A stretch of DNA of 64,000 bases from an uncultured Acidimicrobiia bacterium. Its GTDB lineage: Bacteria; Actinomycetota; Acidimicrobiia; Acidimicrobiales; AC-14. The notes beneath the pieces are model-generated. The model searched no databases. It saw nothing but the letters and a program-made list of their open reading frames with translations, and was not told the origin of the DNA. Of the stretch, positions 41,704 to 51,819 are shown piece after piece. Made by a program: the position numbers and the translations under genes. Position 1 is the stretch's first letter. Every line of letters begins with the position of its first letter. The stretch spans positions 169,831 through 233,830 of the forward strand of contig CAWIIV010000008.1 in the NCBI GenBank assembly GCA_963836205.1, read 5' to 3'.

Positions 41704-42289
41704 CGAAGTTGGCCAGGATGCGCAGCCCGGCCGCCCCCGACTTCTCGGGGTGGAACTGGGTGGCCCACAGCCGTCCCCGGCGGACGGCGGCCGTCACCGG
41801 GCCCCCGTAATCGCAGGTGGCGACCACGTCGGCCGTCGGCTCGGGGGCGTAGGAGTGGACGAAGTAGACCCACAGCGGGTCGTCGAGGCCGTCGAACAGC
41901 GGCGCCCCGGCCGGCGTGCGGTCGAGCACGTTCCACTGCATCTGCGGCCGCTTGACCCCGTCGGGCAGGAGCCGCACCGTGCCCGGCAGCACGCCCATGC
42001 CCTTGACGTCGGGGTCCTCCTCCGAGCCCTCGTAGAGCATCTGCATGCCGACACAGATGCCGAGGAACGGCGTGCCCGCCTCGATCGCCTCCCGGGCCAC
42101 GTCCTCCAGGCCCGCCTCCCGCAGCGCCCCCATGCACCGCCCGAAGTGGCCCACGCCGGGGAGCACGACCGCCTCCGCCGCCCGCACCACGGCCACGTCG
42201 TCGGTGAGGACGGCGTCGGCCCCCACCCGCTGCAACGCCTTCTGGGCCGACCGCAGGTTGCCGATCCCGTAGTCGAGGACGGCGATCAT
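41681..42289 (-). CDS. hisH: Imidazole glycerol phosphate synthase glutaminase subunit
   Basis: LDYGIGNLRS, PGVGHF, GICVGMQ, QFHPEKS. Confidence 0.95.
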   Translation of the reverse strand: MIAVLDYGIGNLRSAQKALQRVGADAVLTDDVAVVRAAEAVVLPGVGHFGRCMGALREAGLEDVAREAIEAGTPFLGICVGMQMLYEGSEEDPDVKGMGVLPGTVRLLPDGVKRPQMQWNVLDRTPAGAPLFDGLDDPLWVYFVHSYAPEPTADVVATCDYGGPVTAAVRRGRLWATQFHPEKSGAAGLRILANFVGSVPGD

Positions 42290-42306
42290 GCCGCGCGGCC
42301 CGGCCC

Positions 42307-42354
42307 AACTGGTGACGAAAAGTGGGGTCCCGGCCCCGCTTTTCGTCACCAGTT
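42307..42354. repeat. REP-like palindrome between hisB and hisH
   Basis: AACTGGTGACGAAAAGTGGGG..CCCCGCTTTTCGTCACCAGTT. Confidence 0.88.
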
Positions 42355-42363
42355 CGCCTTGGG

Positions 42364-42958
42364 TCACAGCGAGCCCTTGGTGGACGGCACTCCCCCGCCC
42401 TCGATCCGCACCGCGTCGCGCAGGGCCCGGGCCACGCCCTTGAACGACGCCTCCAGGATGTGGTGGTTGTTCTTGCCGCTGCGCATGCGCAGGTGGAGGG
42501 TGATGGCGGCCGACGTGACGAACGCCCGCCAGAACTCCTCCGCCAGCTGCGGGTCGAACGGCGGCGTGCCCAGGGCGTCGCCCCCCGGCTCCACCTCGTA
42601 GCAGCAGGAAGGGCCGGCCGGACAGGTCGAGGGCGACCTCGATCAGGGCCTCGTCGAGGGGCACCGAGATCGACGCGAACCGGCGCACACCTGCCTTGTC
42701 GCCCAGGGCGTCGCGCAGGCACTCGCCGAGGGCGATGCCGACGTCCTCCACCGTGTGGTGGGTGTCGACGTCGAGGTCGCCGCTCGCCTTGAGGTCGAGG
42801 TCGAAGCCGGCGTGGCGGCCGAGCTGGGAGATCATGTGGTCGAAGAAGGGCACGCCCGTGGCCACGCTCGTCTCGCCCGACCCGTCGAGGTCGAGGCGGA
42901 TCTCGATCGACGTCTCCTTGGTGACCCGCGACCGGGTGGCGACTCGTGTACCGGCCAT
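42364..42958 (-). CDS. hisB: Imidazoleglycerol-phosphate dehydratase (apparent +1 frameshift near 42601)
   Basis: RVTKET, FFDHM, HHTVED, then NNHHILEASFK, PSTKGSL in the next frame. Confidence 0.92.
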
Positions 42959-44032
42959 CTAGCCGAGGACCTCCTGTAGGGCGGAAAGAAAGGCGTCGTC
43001 CTCGTCGGGGGTGCCGACGGTGACCCGCAGGCAGCCGCCCAGGCGGGGCCACGACGAGCAGTCGCGCACCAGCACCGAACGCTCCACCAACCCCTTCCAG
43101 ACGGCGGCACCGTCGAGCGCGAGCGGTCGGAACAGCACGAAGTTGGCCCCCGACGGCCACACCTCGACCGGCAGCAGGCGGAGGCCGGCCAGCAGCCGCT
43201 CCCGCTCCACCACCACCGCCGCCACCCGGGCCTCCATCTCGGCCTGGAAACGCAGGGCCAGGCGGCCTGCGATCTGGCTGGCGGCGTCGAGGTGGTAGGG
43301 CAGGACCACCCGCTCGAGCTGGGCCACCACGTCGGCCGGACCGATCAGGTACCCCATCCGGCAGCCGGCCATCGACCACGTCTTGGAGAACGTGCGGGTG
43401 ACGACCAGGGGCCGATCGTCGGCCAGGAGCGACATCGACGACCACGAGGCGAACTGGGCGTAGGCCTCGTCGACGACGACCAGTCCCGGCGCCAGGGCCA
43501 GCACCTCCTCCACCGCCTCCCGGGGCTCGACCAGGCCGGTGGGGTTGTTGGGCGACGTCAGGAACGTGATCGACGGGTCGGCCTCCGCCAGCACTCGCCG
43601 CACCTCGTCGAAATCGAGGGTGAAGTCGGCCGCCCGCTCCCCCACGGCCACGCCGGTGCCGGTGATGCGGGCGATGTGGGAGTGGAGGGCGTAGGTGGGC
43701 TCGAAGACGGCCACCGTGCGCCCGTGGCCGCCGTAGGCCAGGCACGTGGCCTGGAGGACCTCGTTGGACCCCTTCCCCACCAGGACCTGGTCGGGACCGA
43801 CTCCGTGCAGCTCGCCGATGGCCGTGCGCAGGGCCCGCGCCTGGCGGTCGGGGTAGCGGTGGAACGGCACCCCGGCCAGCTCCTCCAAAAACGCGTCCCG
43901 CCACGCGGGCGGCGGCGGGTAGGGAGACTCGTTGGTGTTGAGGCGGACGTCGACCGTCACCTGGGCCGAGTGGTATCCCTCCAGGTCGGAGAGGTCGTCC
44001 CTGACTCTGATTGGCCGCACGGAGAGGGCCAT
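42959..44032 (-). CDS. hisC: Histidinol-phosphate aminotransferase
   Basis: LNTNESPY, SPNNPTG, DEAY, RTFSK. Confidence 0.94.
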   Translation of the reverse strand: MALSVRPIRVRDDLSDLEGYHSAQVTVDVRLNTNESPYPPPPAWRDAFLEELAGVPFHRYPDRQARALRTAIGELHGVGPDQVLVGKGSNEVLQATCLAYGGHGRTVAVFEPTYALHSHIARITGTGVAVGERAADFTLDFDEVRRVLAEADPSITFLTSPNNPTGLVEPREAVEEVLALAPGLVVVDEAYAQFASWSSMSLLADDRPLVVTRTFSKTWSMAGCRMGYLIGPADVVAQLERVVLPYHLDAASQIAGRLALRFQAEMEARVAAVVVERERLLAGLRLLPVEVWPSGANFVLFRPLALDGAAVWKGLVERSVLVRDCSSWPRLGGCLRVTVGTPDEDDAFLSALQEVLG

Positions 44033-45342
44033 CAGCTGCGACCCAACCGCATCTGGACCGAGAGGGCGTGGGCGTCGAGCCCCTCGGCCCGGGCCAGGGT
44101 GGCCACCGCCGGCGCCACCGCGGTGAGCGCCACCTGATCGAGGGTGATGGCGTGGATGGTGCGGACGAAGTCGGCCACCTGCAGCCCGCCGGCGAAGCGG
44201 GCGGAGCCGAACGTGGGCAGCACGTGGCTGGGCCCGGCCAGGTAGTCGCCCACCGACGCCGGCGCCCACGGCCCGGTGAACACGGCCCCCGCGTGGCGGA
44301 CACCGGCCAGCATCCGCTCCGCCCCGTCGCACATCAGCTCCAGGTGCTCGGGGGCGATGGCGTTGGCCACCTCCAGGGCGGCCTCGGGCCCGTCGACCAG
44401 CACCGCGTAGCCGCCGCCGGCCAGGGTGGACTCGATCTCCGACCGCCGCAGCGACGCCTTCACCAGCCGTTCGACCTCGGCGGTGACGGCCTCGGCCACC
44501 GCCTCCTCCCACGTCACCAGCCAGGCCAGCCCGTCGGGGCCGTGCTCGGCCTGCACCACCACGTCGACCGCGGCCCACGACGGGGGCACCGAGCCGTCGG
44601 CGATGACGACAACCTCGGACGGGCCCGCGAATGCCGCGGGCACCCCGACCACCCCCTCCGCCGCCACCTCCCGCTTGGCGATGGCCACGTAGACGTTGCC
44701 CGGCCCCACGATCACGTCGACCGCGGGGACCGAGTCGGTGCCGTAGGCCATCGCCCCCACCGCCTGGGCCCCGCCGATGCGGTAGACCTCGTCGACCCCC
44801 GCGATCGCGGCCGCGGCCAGCGTGGGCCCGAACACCCGGCCGTCGGGACCCGGCGGCACGCACAGCACCACCTCGGCCACGCCCGCCACCCGGGCCGGGA
44901 TGGCGGTCATGAGCACGGTGGACGGGTAACCGGCCCGGCCCCCGGGCACGTAGGCGCCGGCCCGGTCGACCGCCCGCCGCAGCTCCCGGACCACCACGCC
45001 GTTGCGCTCGTGGCGGCCCTCGGGCTGCACCTGGTGGCGGTGGTAGGCCTCCACCGAGTCGGCCGCCTCCTCGAGCGCGGCGCGCAACGCGGGCGAGATG
45101 GCGTCGAGGGCGGCGGCCAACTCCGAGGCCGGCACCCGCAGGTCGTCGAGGACCACCCGGTCGTAACGCTCGGTGTACTCCCGGACCGCGGCGTCGCCCC
45201 GCTTGCGCACCTCGGCCAGGATCTCCCGCACCGCGTCGACCGGCGCGGCTCCGCCCTGGTCGGGCCGGGGCAGGCGCGACCGGAGCCCAGGCCCGGTAGC
45301 GCCCCGCAGGTCGAGCCGAGCGAGGATGGGCCGGGAAAGCAT
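44032..45342 (-). CDS. hisD: Histidinol dehydrogenase
   Basis: YVPGG, GPGNVYV, AGPSE, QAEH, APEHLEL, HVLPT. Confidence 0.96.
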   Translation of the reverse strand: MLSRPILARLDLRGATGPGLRSRLPRPDQGGAAPVDAVREILAEVRKRGDAAVREYTERYDRVVLDDLRVPASELAAALDAISPALRAALEEAADSVEAYHRHQVQPEGRHERNGVVVRELRRAVDRAGAYVPGGRAGYPSTVLMTAIPARVAGVAEVVLCVPPGPDGRVFGPTLAAAAIAGVDEVYRIGGAQAVGAMAYGTDSVPAVDVIVGPGNVYVAIAKREVAAEGVVGVPAAFAGPSEVVVIADGSVPPSWAAVDVVVQAEHGPDGLAWLVTWEEAVAEAVTAEVERLVKASLRRSEIESTLAGGGYAVLVDGPEAALEVANAIAPEHLELMCDGAERMLAGVRHAGAVFTGPWAPASVGDYLAGPSHVLPTFGSARFAGGLQVADFVRTIHAITLDQVALTAVAPAVATLARAEGLDAHALSVQMRLGRS

Positions 45343-45429
45343 GAGCCGATCGTACCGGCGCCTCGCGGTGGCTCCCTTCTCATTCATGCGGGCTCAATGA
45401 TGGGAGGGGATTGGGATAGGAAGGAGGCA

Positions 45430-45645
45430 ATGCCCGACCCGTCGCCGACCTCACCGGCTCCCGAGCTGTCGTCGATCACCACCGCCCTGAGCGAGATCAC
45501 CCGCCGGGTCACCAGCATCGCCGAGCGGTCGCAGGGCACCGAGCTCGACTGGCTGTCGTCGACGCTCTTCGACGTGGAGCGGGCGCTGGTCGACGCCACC
45601 CGCCGGCTCTCGTCGGCCACCACCGCCCTGCGCAATCGCGGCTGA
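45430..45645 (+). CDS. Small helical hypothetical protein (71 aa)
   Basis: SD AAGGAGG before ATG at 45430; followed by a hairpin. Confidence 0.7.
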   Translation: MPDPSPTSPAPELSSITTALSEITRRVTSIAERSQGTELDWLSSTLFDVERALVDATRRLSSATTALRNRG

Positions 45646-45656
45646 GGGCGGGCGCG

Positions 45657-45686
45657 ACTGACGGCGCCCCGAAGGGCGCCGTCAGT
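45657..45686. terminator. Strong hairpin, likely bidirectional terminator
   Basis: ACTGACGGCGCCC-CGAA-GGGCGCCGTCAGT (13-bp perfect stem; UUCG loop on the minus strand). Confidence 0.75.
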
Positions 45687-45870
45687 GGGGCGGCCCGGGC
45701 GGCGGGACCCGTTGACCGCCATAGGGATCCAGGTGGCGGGAACCTGATCCCTGCGCAAAAGGTAGCACGTCATGGAGCCAATCCAGCCGATGCCCGGACG
45801 CGTGCGGCGTCAACATTCCCTCAACTCTTTTGGGCCCTGGCGATGCCCCCGAACGTGGTCGCCGAAGGGC
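45687..45870 (-). ncRNA. Putative 6S-like RNA
   Basis: ~184-nt rod with a central bubble; nested pairings; GAATGT and CACCT..GGTCAA.GGG motifs recall 6S RNA; ends at the terminator hairpin. Confidence 0.5.
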
Positions 45871-46502
45871 AGAAATCGGCCAGCAGGCACTCCCCACAGC
45901 GGGGCGAGCGGGCCTGGCAGACCCTCCGCCCGTGCAGGATCAGGCGCAGGCTGAGCCGCCCCCGCTCGCTGGAGCGGGACGATCGCGTTCAGGTCGGCCT
46001 CCACCCGCACCGGATCGAGCTCGGTGGTCATCCCCAGGCGTCGGGTGAGCCGCCCGACGTGGGTGTCGACCGGCAGTCCCGGCAGCCCGAAGCCGACGCT
46101 GCGGACCACGTTCGCCGTCTTCCGCCCCACTCCGGGAAGGGTCACCAGGTCGGCCATGGCGGTGGGGACCTCGCCCCCGAAGCGCTCCTCCAGGGCGGTC
46201 GCCATCCCGATCAATGACCTGGCCTTCGACCGGAAGAACCCGGTTGAATGGACAAGCACTTCCAGCTCCCCCGGATCGGCGGCGGCCAGGTCGGCCGGGG
46301 TCGGATACCGGACGAACAATGCCGGAGTCGCCTTGTTCACGTTCTCGTCGGTGGTCTGGGCCGACAGGATGGTGGCCACCAGCAATTGGAACGGGCTGTC
46401 GTGGGTGAGGGCGCACAGGTCGCGCTCGTCGCCGGGGTACTCGTCGGCCAGCCGGGCGACCGTCTCGCGGGCCCTTCCCTTGGGCGTCCGGGGCCGGGCC
46501 AT
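45821..46502 (-). CDS. nth: Endonuclease III (apparent +1 frameshift near 45975)
   Basis: [29 protein letters not shown]; [17 protein letters not shown] 4Fe-4S motif in the next frame. Confidence 0.92.
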
Positions 46503-46541
46503 GCCCGGGAACGGTAGATGCCGGCGGTACCTTGGGCGCAC

Positions 46542-47534
46542 ATGGCCCGGCTGGAGATCAAGCGCCAGATGGGGAAGGTCGACATCGCCGCCGTCTCCGA
46601 GCTGCTCGACGTGGCCGCCGCCGTCGACGGGCACTACCCCCTCGGCGAACACCAGTGGCTCGACCTCGTCCACGGCAGCCGCCACGGCTTCGCCGGGCTG
46701 GTGGCGTGGGAACCCGGCCACGACCACCCCGTCGGCTACGCCCAGCTGACCCGGGAGGACTCTCCCGCCCACCACGGCCCCCTCTGGGACCTCGAGTACG
46801 TGGTCGACCCCCACCACCGGATGGCCAACGACGGGATCGGGGAGAACCTGGTGGGCACCGCCCTCGACATCGTCCGCCACGAGGGTGGTGGCCGGGTCCA
46901 CATGTGGGTGCCCAAGCCCACCGCCGCCCACGACCGGCTGGCGGAGACGGTGGGCATGGCCCGGGGCCGGGAGCTGCGCCAGCTCCGGCGGGCCCTCCCC
47001 GTCCACCAGCAGGCCACGGTCGACGTGCGGCCGTTCGTGCCCGGCCGCGACGAGGAGGCCTGGCTGGAGGTCAACAACCGGGCTTTCAGCTGGCACCCGG
47101 AGCAGGGCGGCTGGGACCTGGAGACCCTCCGCCACCGGGAGGCGCAACCCTGGTTCGATCCGTCCGGCTTCCTCCTCCACGAGCGCGACGGCAAGCTGGC
47201 CGCCTTCTGCTGGACCAAGGTCCACCACGACGACGGCACCGGCCCCGGCCACGGTGGCGGTCACCGGCACGGCCATGACCACGACCAGGACCTGGGCGAG
47301 ATCTACGTGGTGGCCGTCGACCCTGCCTACCAGCGCATGGGGCTGGGCCGGCAGATGGTGCTGGCCGGCCTCGACTGGCTCACCTCCCGGGGGATCCGCA
47401 CCGCCATGCTCTACGTCGACGCGGTCAACGACGGTGCCCTCCGGCTGTACGAGGACATGGGCTTCACCCTCGACCACGTCGATCGGGCCTACGTGGGCGA
47501 CGTCGACCCCGTCCCGGCCCGGCCGCTGCCGTAA
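46542..47534 (+). CDS. mshD: Mycothiol synthase (tandem GNAT)
   Basis: VNNRAFSWHPEQGGW, WFDPSGF, FCWTKVH, GEIYVVAVDP, LYVDAVN. Confidence 0.92.
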   Translation: MARLEIKRQMGKVDIAAVSELLDVAAAVDGHYPLGEHQWLDLVHGSRHGFAGLVAWEPGHDHPVGYAQLTREDSPAHHGPLWDLEYVVDPHHRMANDGIGENLVGTALDIVRHEGGGRVHMWVPKPTAAHDRLAETVGMARGRELRQLRRALPVHQQATVDVRPFVPGRDEEAWLEVNNRAFSWHPEQGGWDLETLRHREAQPWFDPSGFLLHERDGKLAAFCWTKVHHDDGTGPGHGGGHRHGHDHDQDLGEIYVVAVDPAYQRMGLGRQMVLAGLDWLTSRGIRTAMLYVDAVNDGALRLYEDMGFTLDHVDRAYVGDVDPVPARPLP

Positions 47535-47558
47535 GGGCGCGGCTTGGGGAGCGCGGGC

Positions 47559-48347
47559 TCAGCCGACGGCGCCGATGCCCGCGAACGAGCCCAGCACGAA
47601 GGTGATCAGGGCCGGGATGGCCGTGAACAGCAGCTGGCGGGCGGCCGAGCGCACGACCCGGCGGCCGGTGAAGCGCCCGAGGAGCCCACCTACGAGGACC
47701 GCGGCGATGGCGCCGAGGACGATCGAGGCGACGACCGCGGCCGTGCCCCCACCGAAGAACCAGGGGAACAGGGGCACGATGGCACCCAACGAGAAGCTGA
47801 CGAACGACGACCCCGAGGCCGCCAGCGGCGAGCCGAGCTCGTCGGGGTCGATGCCGAGCTCCTCCCGGGCGTGGGTCTCGAGGGCCAGCTCGGGGTTGCG
47901 CATGAGCTGGCTCGACATCTCCTCCGCCGTCTTGCGGTCGACGCCCCGGGCCACGTAGATGGCGGCCAGCTCGGCCGTCTCCATCTCCGGGCTGCGGCGC
48001 AGCTCGACGCGCTCCATCTCCAGCTCCCGCTCCAGCAGCTCGGCCTGGGCCTTCATGGAGACGTACTCGCCGGCGGCCATCGAGACCGCCCCGCCGATGA
48101 GGCCGACCAGCCCGGCCAGGCGCACCAACGAGGGCGTGGGGTTGGCCCCCGCGAACCCGAGGACGATGGCGATGTTGGACACCAGCCCGTCGCTGACCCC
48201 GAACACCGCCGCCCGGGCCGCCCCGCCCTGGACGTTGCGATGGTGCTTCTCGGGCAGCGTCGGCTCGGCCTCGGAATCGGGTTCGGGCGGGACCGGGGAG
48301 GCGGTGGCGGGACCACTCTCGGTCTCGTCGGAAGCCGGGGTGCTCAC
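47559..48347 (-). CDS. VIT1/CCC1 family Fe/Mn transporter
   Basis: RAAVFGVSDGLVSN, SMAAGEYVSM, HAREELG. Confidence 0.93.
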   Translation of the reverse strand: MSTPASDETESGPATASPVPPEPDSEAEPTLPEKHHRNVQGGAARAAVFGVSDGLVSNIAIVLGFAGANPTPSLVRLAGLVGLIGGAVSMAAGEYVSMKAQAELLERELEMERVELRRSPEMETAELAAIYVARGVDRKTAEEMSSQLMRNPELALETHAREELGIDPDELGSPLAASGSSFVSFSLGAIVPLFPWFFGGGTAAVVASIVLGAIAAVLVGGLLGRFTGRRVVRSAARQLLFTAIPALITFVLGSFAGIGAVG

Positions 48348-48528
48348 TCCACGAGGGTACCGCCCGGAATCCGGCCGACGTGCCTGCGCCGACGGTGCGC
48401 GCCCCCTGGTCGCGGGTCCAGGGTCCGACGGCCGACGCTCGGCTCGTCTCCGATGTCGGCCTGCGCCGTAACCTTCCTTCGACGGGCGAGCGGCCGCCTT
48501 GATGCCGGCGCTGCGCCATGATCGAGGG

Positions 48529-49587
48529 GTGCCCACACGGTCCCCCGCCTCCCGCTTCGACCTGACCCCGCCCGAGGTGGCGGCGGTGCTGGGCGACGAG
48601 CCCGCCTACCGGGCCCGGCAGGTGTGGGCGGGCATCCACGCCGGCCGGGAGCCGTCGGACATGACCGAGCTGCCCGCCGCGCTCCGGGCCCGGCTGGCGA
48701 CCGACCTCCCGGCGGCCCTCCACCTCGAGCACCTGTCGACGTCCGACGGGGGCGACACCGACAAATGGCTGTGGCGACTCGGCGACGGGGCGGCGGTGGA
48801 GACCGTCCTCATGCGCTATCCCGACCGGGCCACGGTGTGCGTTTCGACCCAGGCCGGCTGCGCCATGGGCTGCTCGTTCTGCGCCACCGGCCAGGTCGGC
48901 TTCACCCGCCACCTCACCACCGGCGAGATCGTGGAGCAGGTGGTCAGAGCCCGGCGGTCGGCCCTCCCCCGCCGCCTGTCCAACGTGGTGTTCATGGGCA
49001 TGGGCGAGCCCCTGGCCAACTACGGGCCGGTGTGGGCCGCGGTCGAGCGCCTCCACCACGATCTCGGGCTGTCGGCCCGCCACCTCACCGTGTCCACCGT
49101 CGGCCTGGTCCCCGGGATCCGGCGGCTCACGGCCGAGGCCCTCCCGGTGAACCTGGCGGTGTCCCTCCACGCGGCCAACGACACGTTGCGGGACGAGCTC
49201 GTCCCCATCAACCGGCGCTACCCGCTGGCCGACCTCCTGGCCGCCTGCCGGGACTACGTGGCCGCCAAGGGTCGACGGCTCTCGTTCGAGTGGGCCCTCA
49301 TCGCCGGCGTCAACGACCGTCCGTCCGACGCAACCGAGCTGGCCGAGGTGGCCATCCCCCTGGCGGCCCATGTCAACCTCATCCCCCTCAACCCGACGCC
49401 CGGGTATCTGGTGCGGGGACCGTCGCCGGCCGCGGTCCGCGCCTTCCGCGACCGGCTGAAGGGCCTGGGCGTGAACGCCACCGTCCGCCGCAACCGGGGG
49501 ACCGACATCGACGCCGCCTGCGGCCAGCTGGCGGCCTCCGCGTCCGGTCGGCAGGCGGTCACCCTCGGCCCCACTCGGCGGCCGTGA
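48529..49587 (+). CDS. rlmN: 23S rRNA/tRNA C2-adenine methyltransferase RlmN
   Basis: CVSTQAGCAMGCSFCATG, FMGMGEP, DIDAACGQL. Confidence 0.95.
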   Translation: MPTRSPASRFDLTPPEVAAVLGDEPAYRARQVWAGIHAGREPSDMTELPAALRARLATDLPAALHLEHLSTSDGGDTDKWLWRLGDGAAVETVLMRYPDRATVCVSTQAGCAMGCSFCATGQVGFTRHLTTGEIVEQVVRARRSALPRRLSNVVFMGMGEPLANYGPVWAAVERLHHDLGLSARHLTVSTVGLVPGIRRLTAEALPVNLAVSLHAANDTLRDELVPINRRYPLADLLAACRDYVAAKGRRLSFEWALIAGVNDRPSDATELAEVAIPLAAHVNLIPLNPTPGYLVRGPSPAAVRAFRDRLKGLGVNATVRRNRGTDIDAACGQLAASASGRQAVTLGPTRRP

Positions 49588-51000
49588 GCGGCAGGGGCCC
49601 GCTCGGGCGGGCGGTGGACCAGTTCGTGGTGGCGGTGGCCCCGGCACTCACCCGCCTGGCCGGCGAGTCCCGCATCGGCGACACCGACAAGCTGGCGGGC
49701 GACGTGGCCCTGGAGGCGTTCAACCTCGCCGCCGCCTTCATCGACGCCGACGGCCGCCACACCGACGACGAGCTCGACGCCTTCATCGACGTCTTCGGTC
49801 CTCGCTTCGACACGGTGGCCCGGGCCGCCAGCCCCAACGCCATGCGGGCCGCGGGCCTCCTCACGGGCAGCCGCACGTTCCTCGACTCCCCGTCGCCGCT
49901 CTTCGACCTCCTGGTGGGGGCCGACGGCCGCGACGGGGGCAACCGGGCGTGGGGCTATTACACCGCCGCCCTCGCCGTCGGCCACACCGTCCTCGCCCTC
50001 GACGCCTTCCCGTCCCACGCCGAGCTGTCGGCCGTGGAGCGGTTCCGCTCGGCGCTGCTGCACGCCATGGACGCAGCCGGGTTGCGGAGACCGGGCGGTC
50101 CGCAGCCGCAGCCGGGCCCGTCCGCCGGCCGTCCGGCCGCATCGGGGGGGCCGGCAGTCGTCCCCCCGCCGCCCTTGGCCCCTCTCGCGCCGCCCCGGCC
50201 CATCGAGGAGCTGCTGGCCGAGCTCGACGGCCTGGTGGGGCTGGCGCCGGTGAAAGCCGAGGTCAAGCTGGTCACCGACCTGCTACGGGTGGAGAAGCTG
50301 CGGGAGGCGCGGGGCCTGCCGGTGGTCGAACACAGCCGCCACCTGGTCTTCACCGGCAACCCGGGCACGGGCAAGACCACCGTCGCCCGCCTCCTGGCCC
50401 AGATCTACCGCAGCCTGGCCGTGGTCGAGAAGGGGCATCTGGTGGAGACCGACCGGGCCGGGCTGGTGGCCGGCTACGTCGGGCAGACGGCGCTGAAGGT
50501 GAAGACGGTCTTCGAGTCGGCCATGGGCGGTGTGCTCCTGATCGACGAGGCCCACGCCCTGGCCCGGGGGGTCGACACCGACTTCGGCCACGAGGCCATC
50601 GACATGATCGTCAAGCTCATGGAGGACCACCGCGACGACGTGGTGGTGGTCGTGGCCGGCTACCCGGACGAGATGGCGGTGTTCCTCGACGCCAACCCCG
50701 GGCTGCGGTCCCGCTTCCCGAAGACGATCTTCTTCCCCGACTACACCGACGCCGAGCTGGCCTCGATCTTCGACGGCATGTGTCACAAGAGCCACTACGT
50801 CCCGACCGCCGAGGCCCGGGAGGCGGTGCTGGAGTTCCTGGCCGGGCAGGCCCGCGACCGCGGGTTCGGCAACGCCCGCCTGGTGCGGAACCTGTTCGAG
50901 GCGGTGGTGGCGCGGCAAGCGAGCCGGGTCGTCTCCCGCCCCGAGGCCGAGGTCTCCGACGACGCCCTGGTGGCCATCGAGGCGGTCGACGTCAACCCCC
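49584..51000 (+). CDS. TerB-like domain fused to a CbbX/SpoVK-type AAA+ ATPase (3' end uncertain; frame stays open to 51533)
   Basis: IDADGRHTDDEL N-terminal motif; HLVFTGNPGTGKTTVAR, LVAGYVGQTA, IDEAH, NPGLRSRF, FGNARLVRN. Confidence 0.82.
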
Positions 51001-51039
51001 AGCCGGCTGCGGCGGCCCGGCGGCGGCGGCCCCGGTGCC

Positions 51040-51792
51040 GGCCGCCGACGGACCAGCACCGTCACCTGGTCCGACGCCCTGATCGCGTCCACCAGCCGCT
51101 CCCCGGGGTGGACCCGCGCCCCGTCCCAAACCACCGACCGCACGAGCTCGCCCTCGACGACCGCCCCCTCGCCGATCACCGACGCCCCTCCCGACGCAGC
51201 CAGGTTGGCGGCCAGGTAGCGGGCGGGCGTACCGCAGTCGATTGCCTGCCCGTCGGCGACGACGAGGTCGAGGTCGACCTCCGGGTCGAGGTGCCGCCAC
51301 GAGGCCTCCCACAGCCCGGCGGGGGTGTCGGGGAGGGTGCTCACGACCGTCCACGGGAGGAGGGCGGCGCCCGCGTAGGCGAGGTCGTCCCACGTGGCCA
51401 GGGCGGGGTCGGGAACACACAGCAGCCGGGACCGCACGCCGTCCCACCCCGTGACGAACGGCCCGAGGTCGACGGTGCTCCACGTGTCGGCATTGAGGAC
51501 GAGTGTCGGGCGGCCGTCGATCCACGGCCGTAGGCGACCGAGCGCGCCCGCCGTCCCCAGGCGGTCGCCGTCCTCCATCGACACCCTGACCCCGAGGTCC
51601 ATCGAGGTGGGCGGCCAGGGTGGGTTGGGAGCGGTGGCAGTTCACCGCCACCGAGTCGGCGACCGTCCGGGCCCGGGCGACGGCCCAGTCGACGAGGGGC
51701 CGGCCGCCGACTGGGCAGAGGGCCTTGGGCCGGAGCGTGGTCAGGGGCCGCAGGCGGGTGCCGGCACCGGCTGCGAGGACGACCGCGGCCAC
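51040..51792 (-). CDS. Sugar-phosphate nucleotidyltransferase (frameshift near 51603; 3' end uncertain)
   Basis: LAAGAGTRLRPLT..PKAL, then LGTAGAL, VLNAD, DCGTPARY. Confidence 0.8.
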
Positions 51793-51819
51793 CCCGTCCG
51801 CTCCTGCCAGAATGTCGCC

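Noticed and set aside
41681-42958. HisB-HisH fusion (likewise FabH-FabG at 17900-19693)
   Set aside because: Produced by single-base frameshifts; each downstream gene has its own start and the upstream C-terminus lies in another frame
45384-45773. 129-aa ORF or His-attenuator leader upstream of hisD
   Set aside because: No His codon run; it crosses a terminator hairpin and runs antisense to a better ORF with a strong SD
45687-45820. SRP RNA (ffs)
   Set aside because: The GGTCAACGGG stretch is reminiscent, but the conserved CAGG..GGAA..AGCA helix-8 motif is absent
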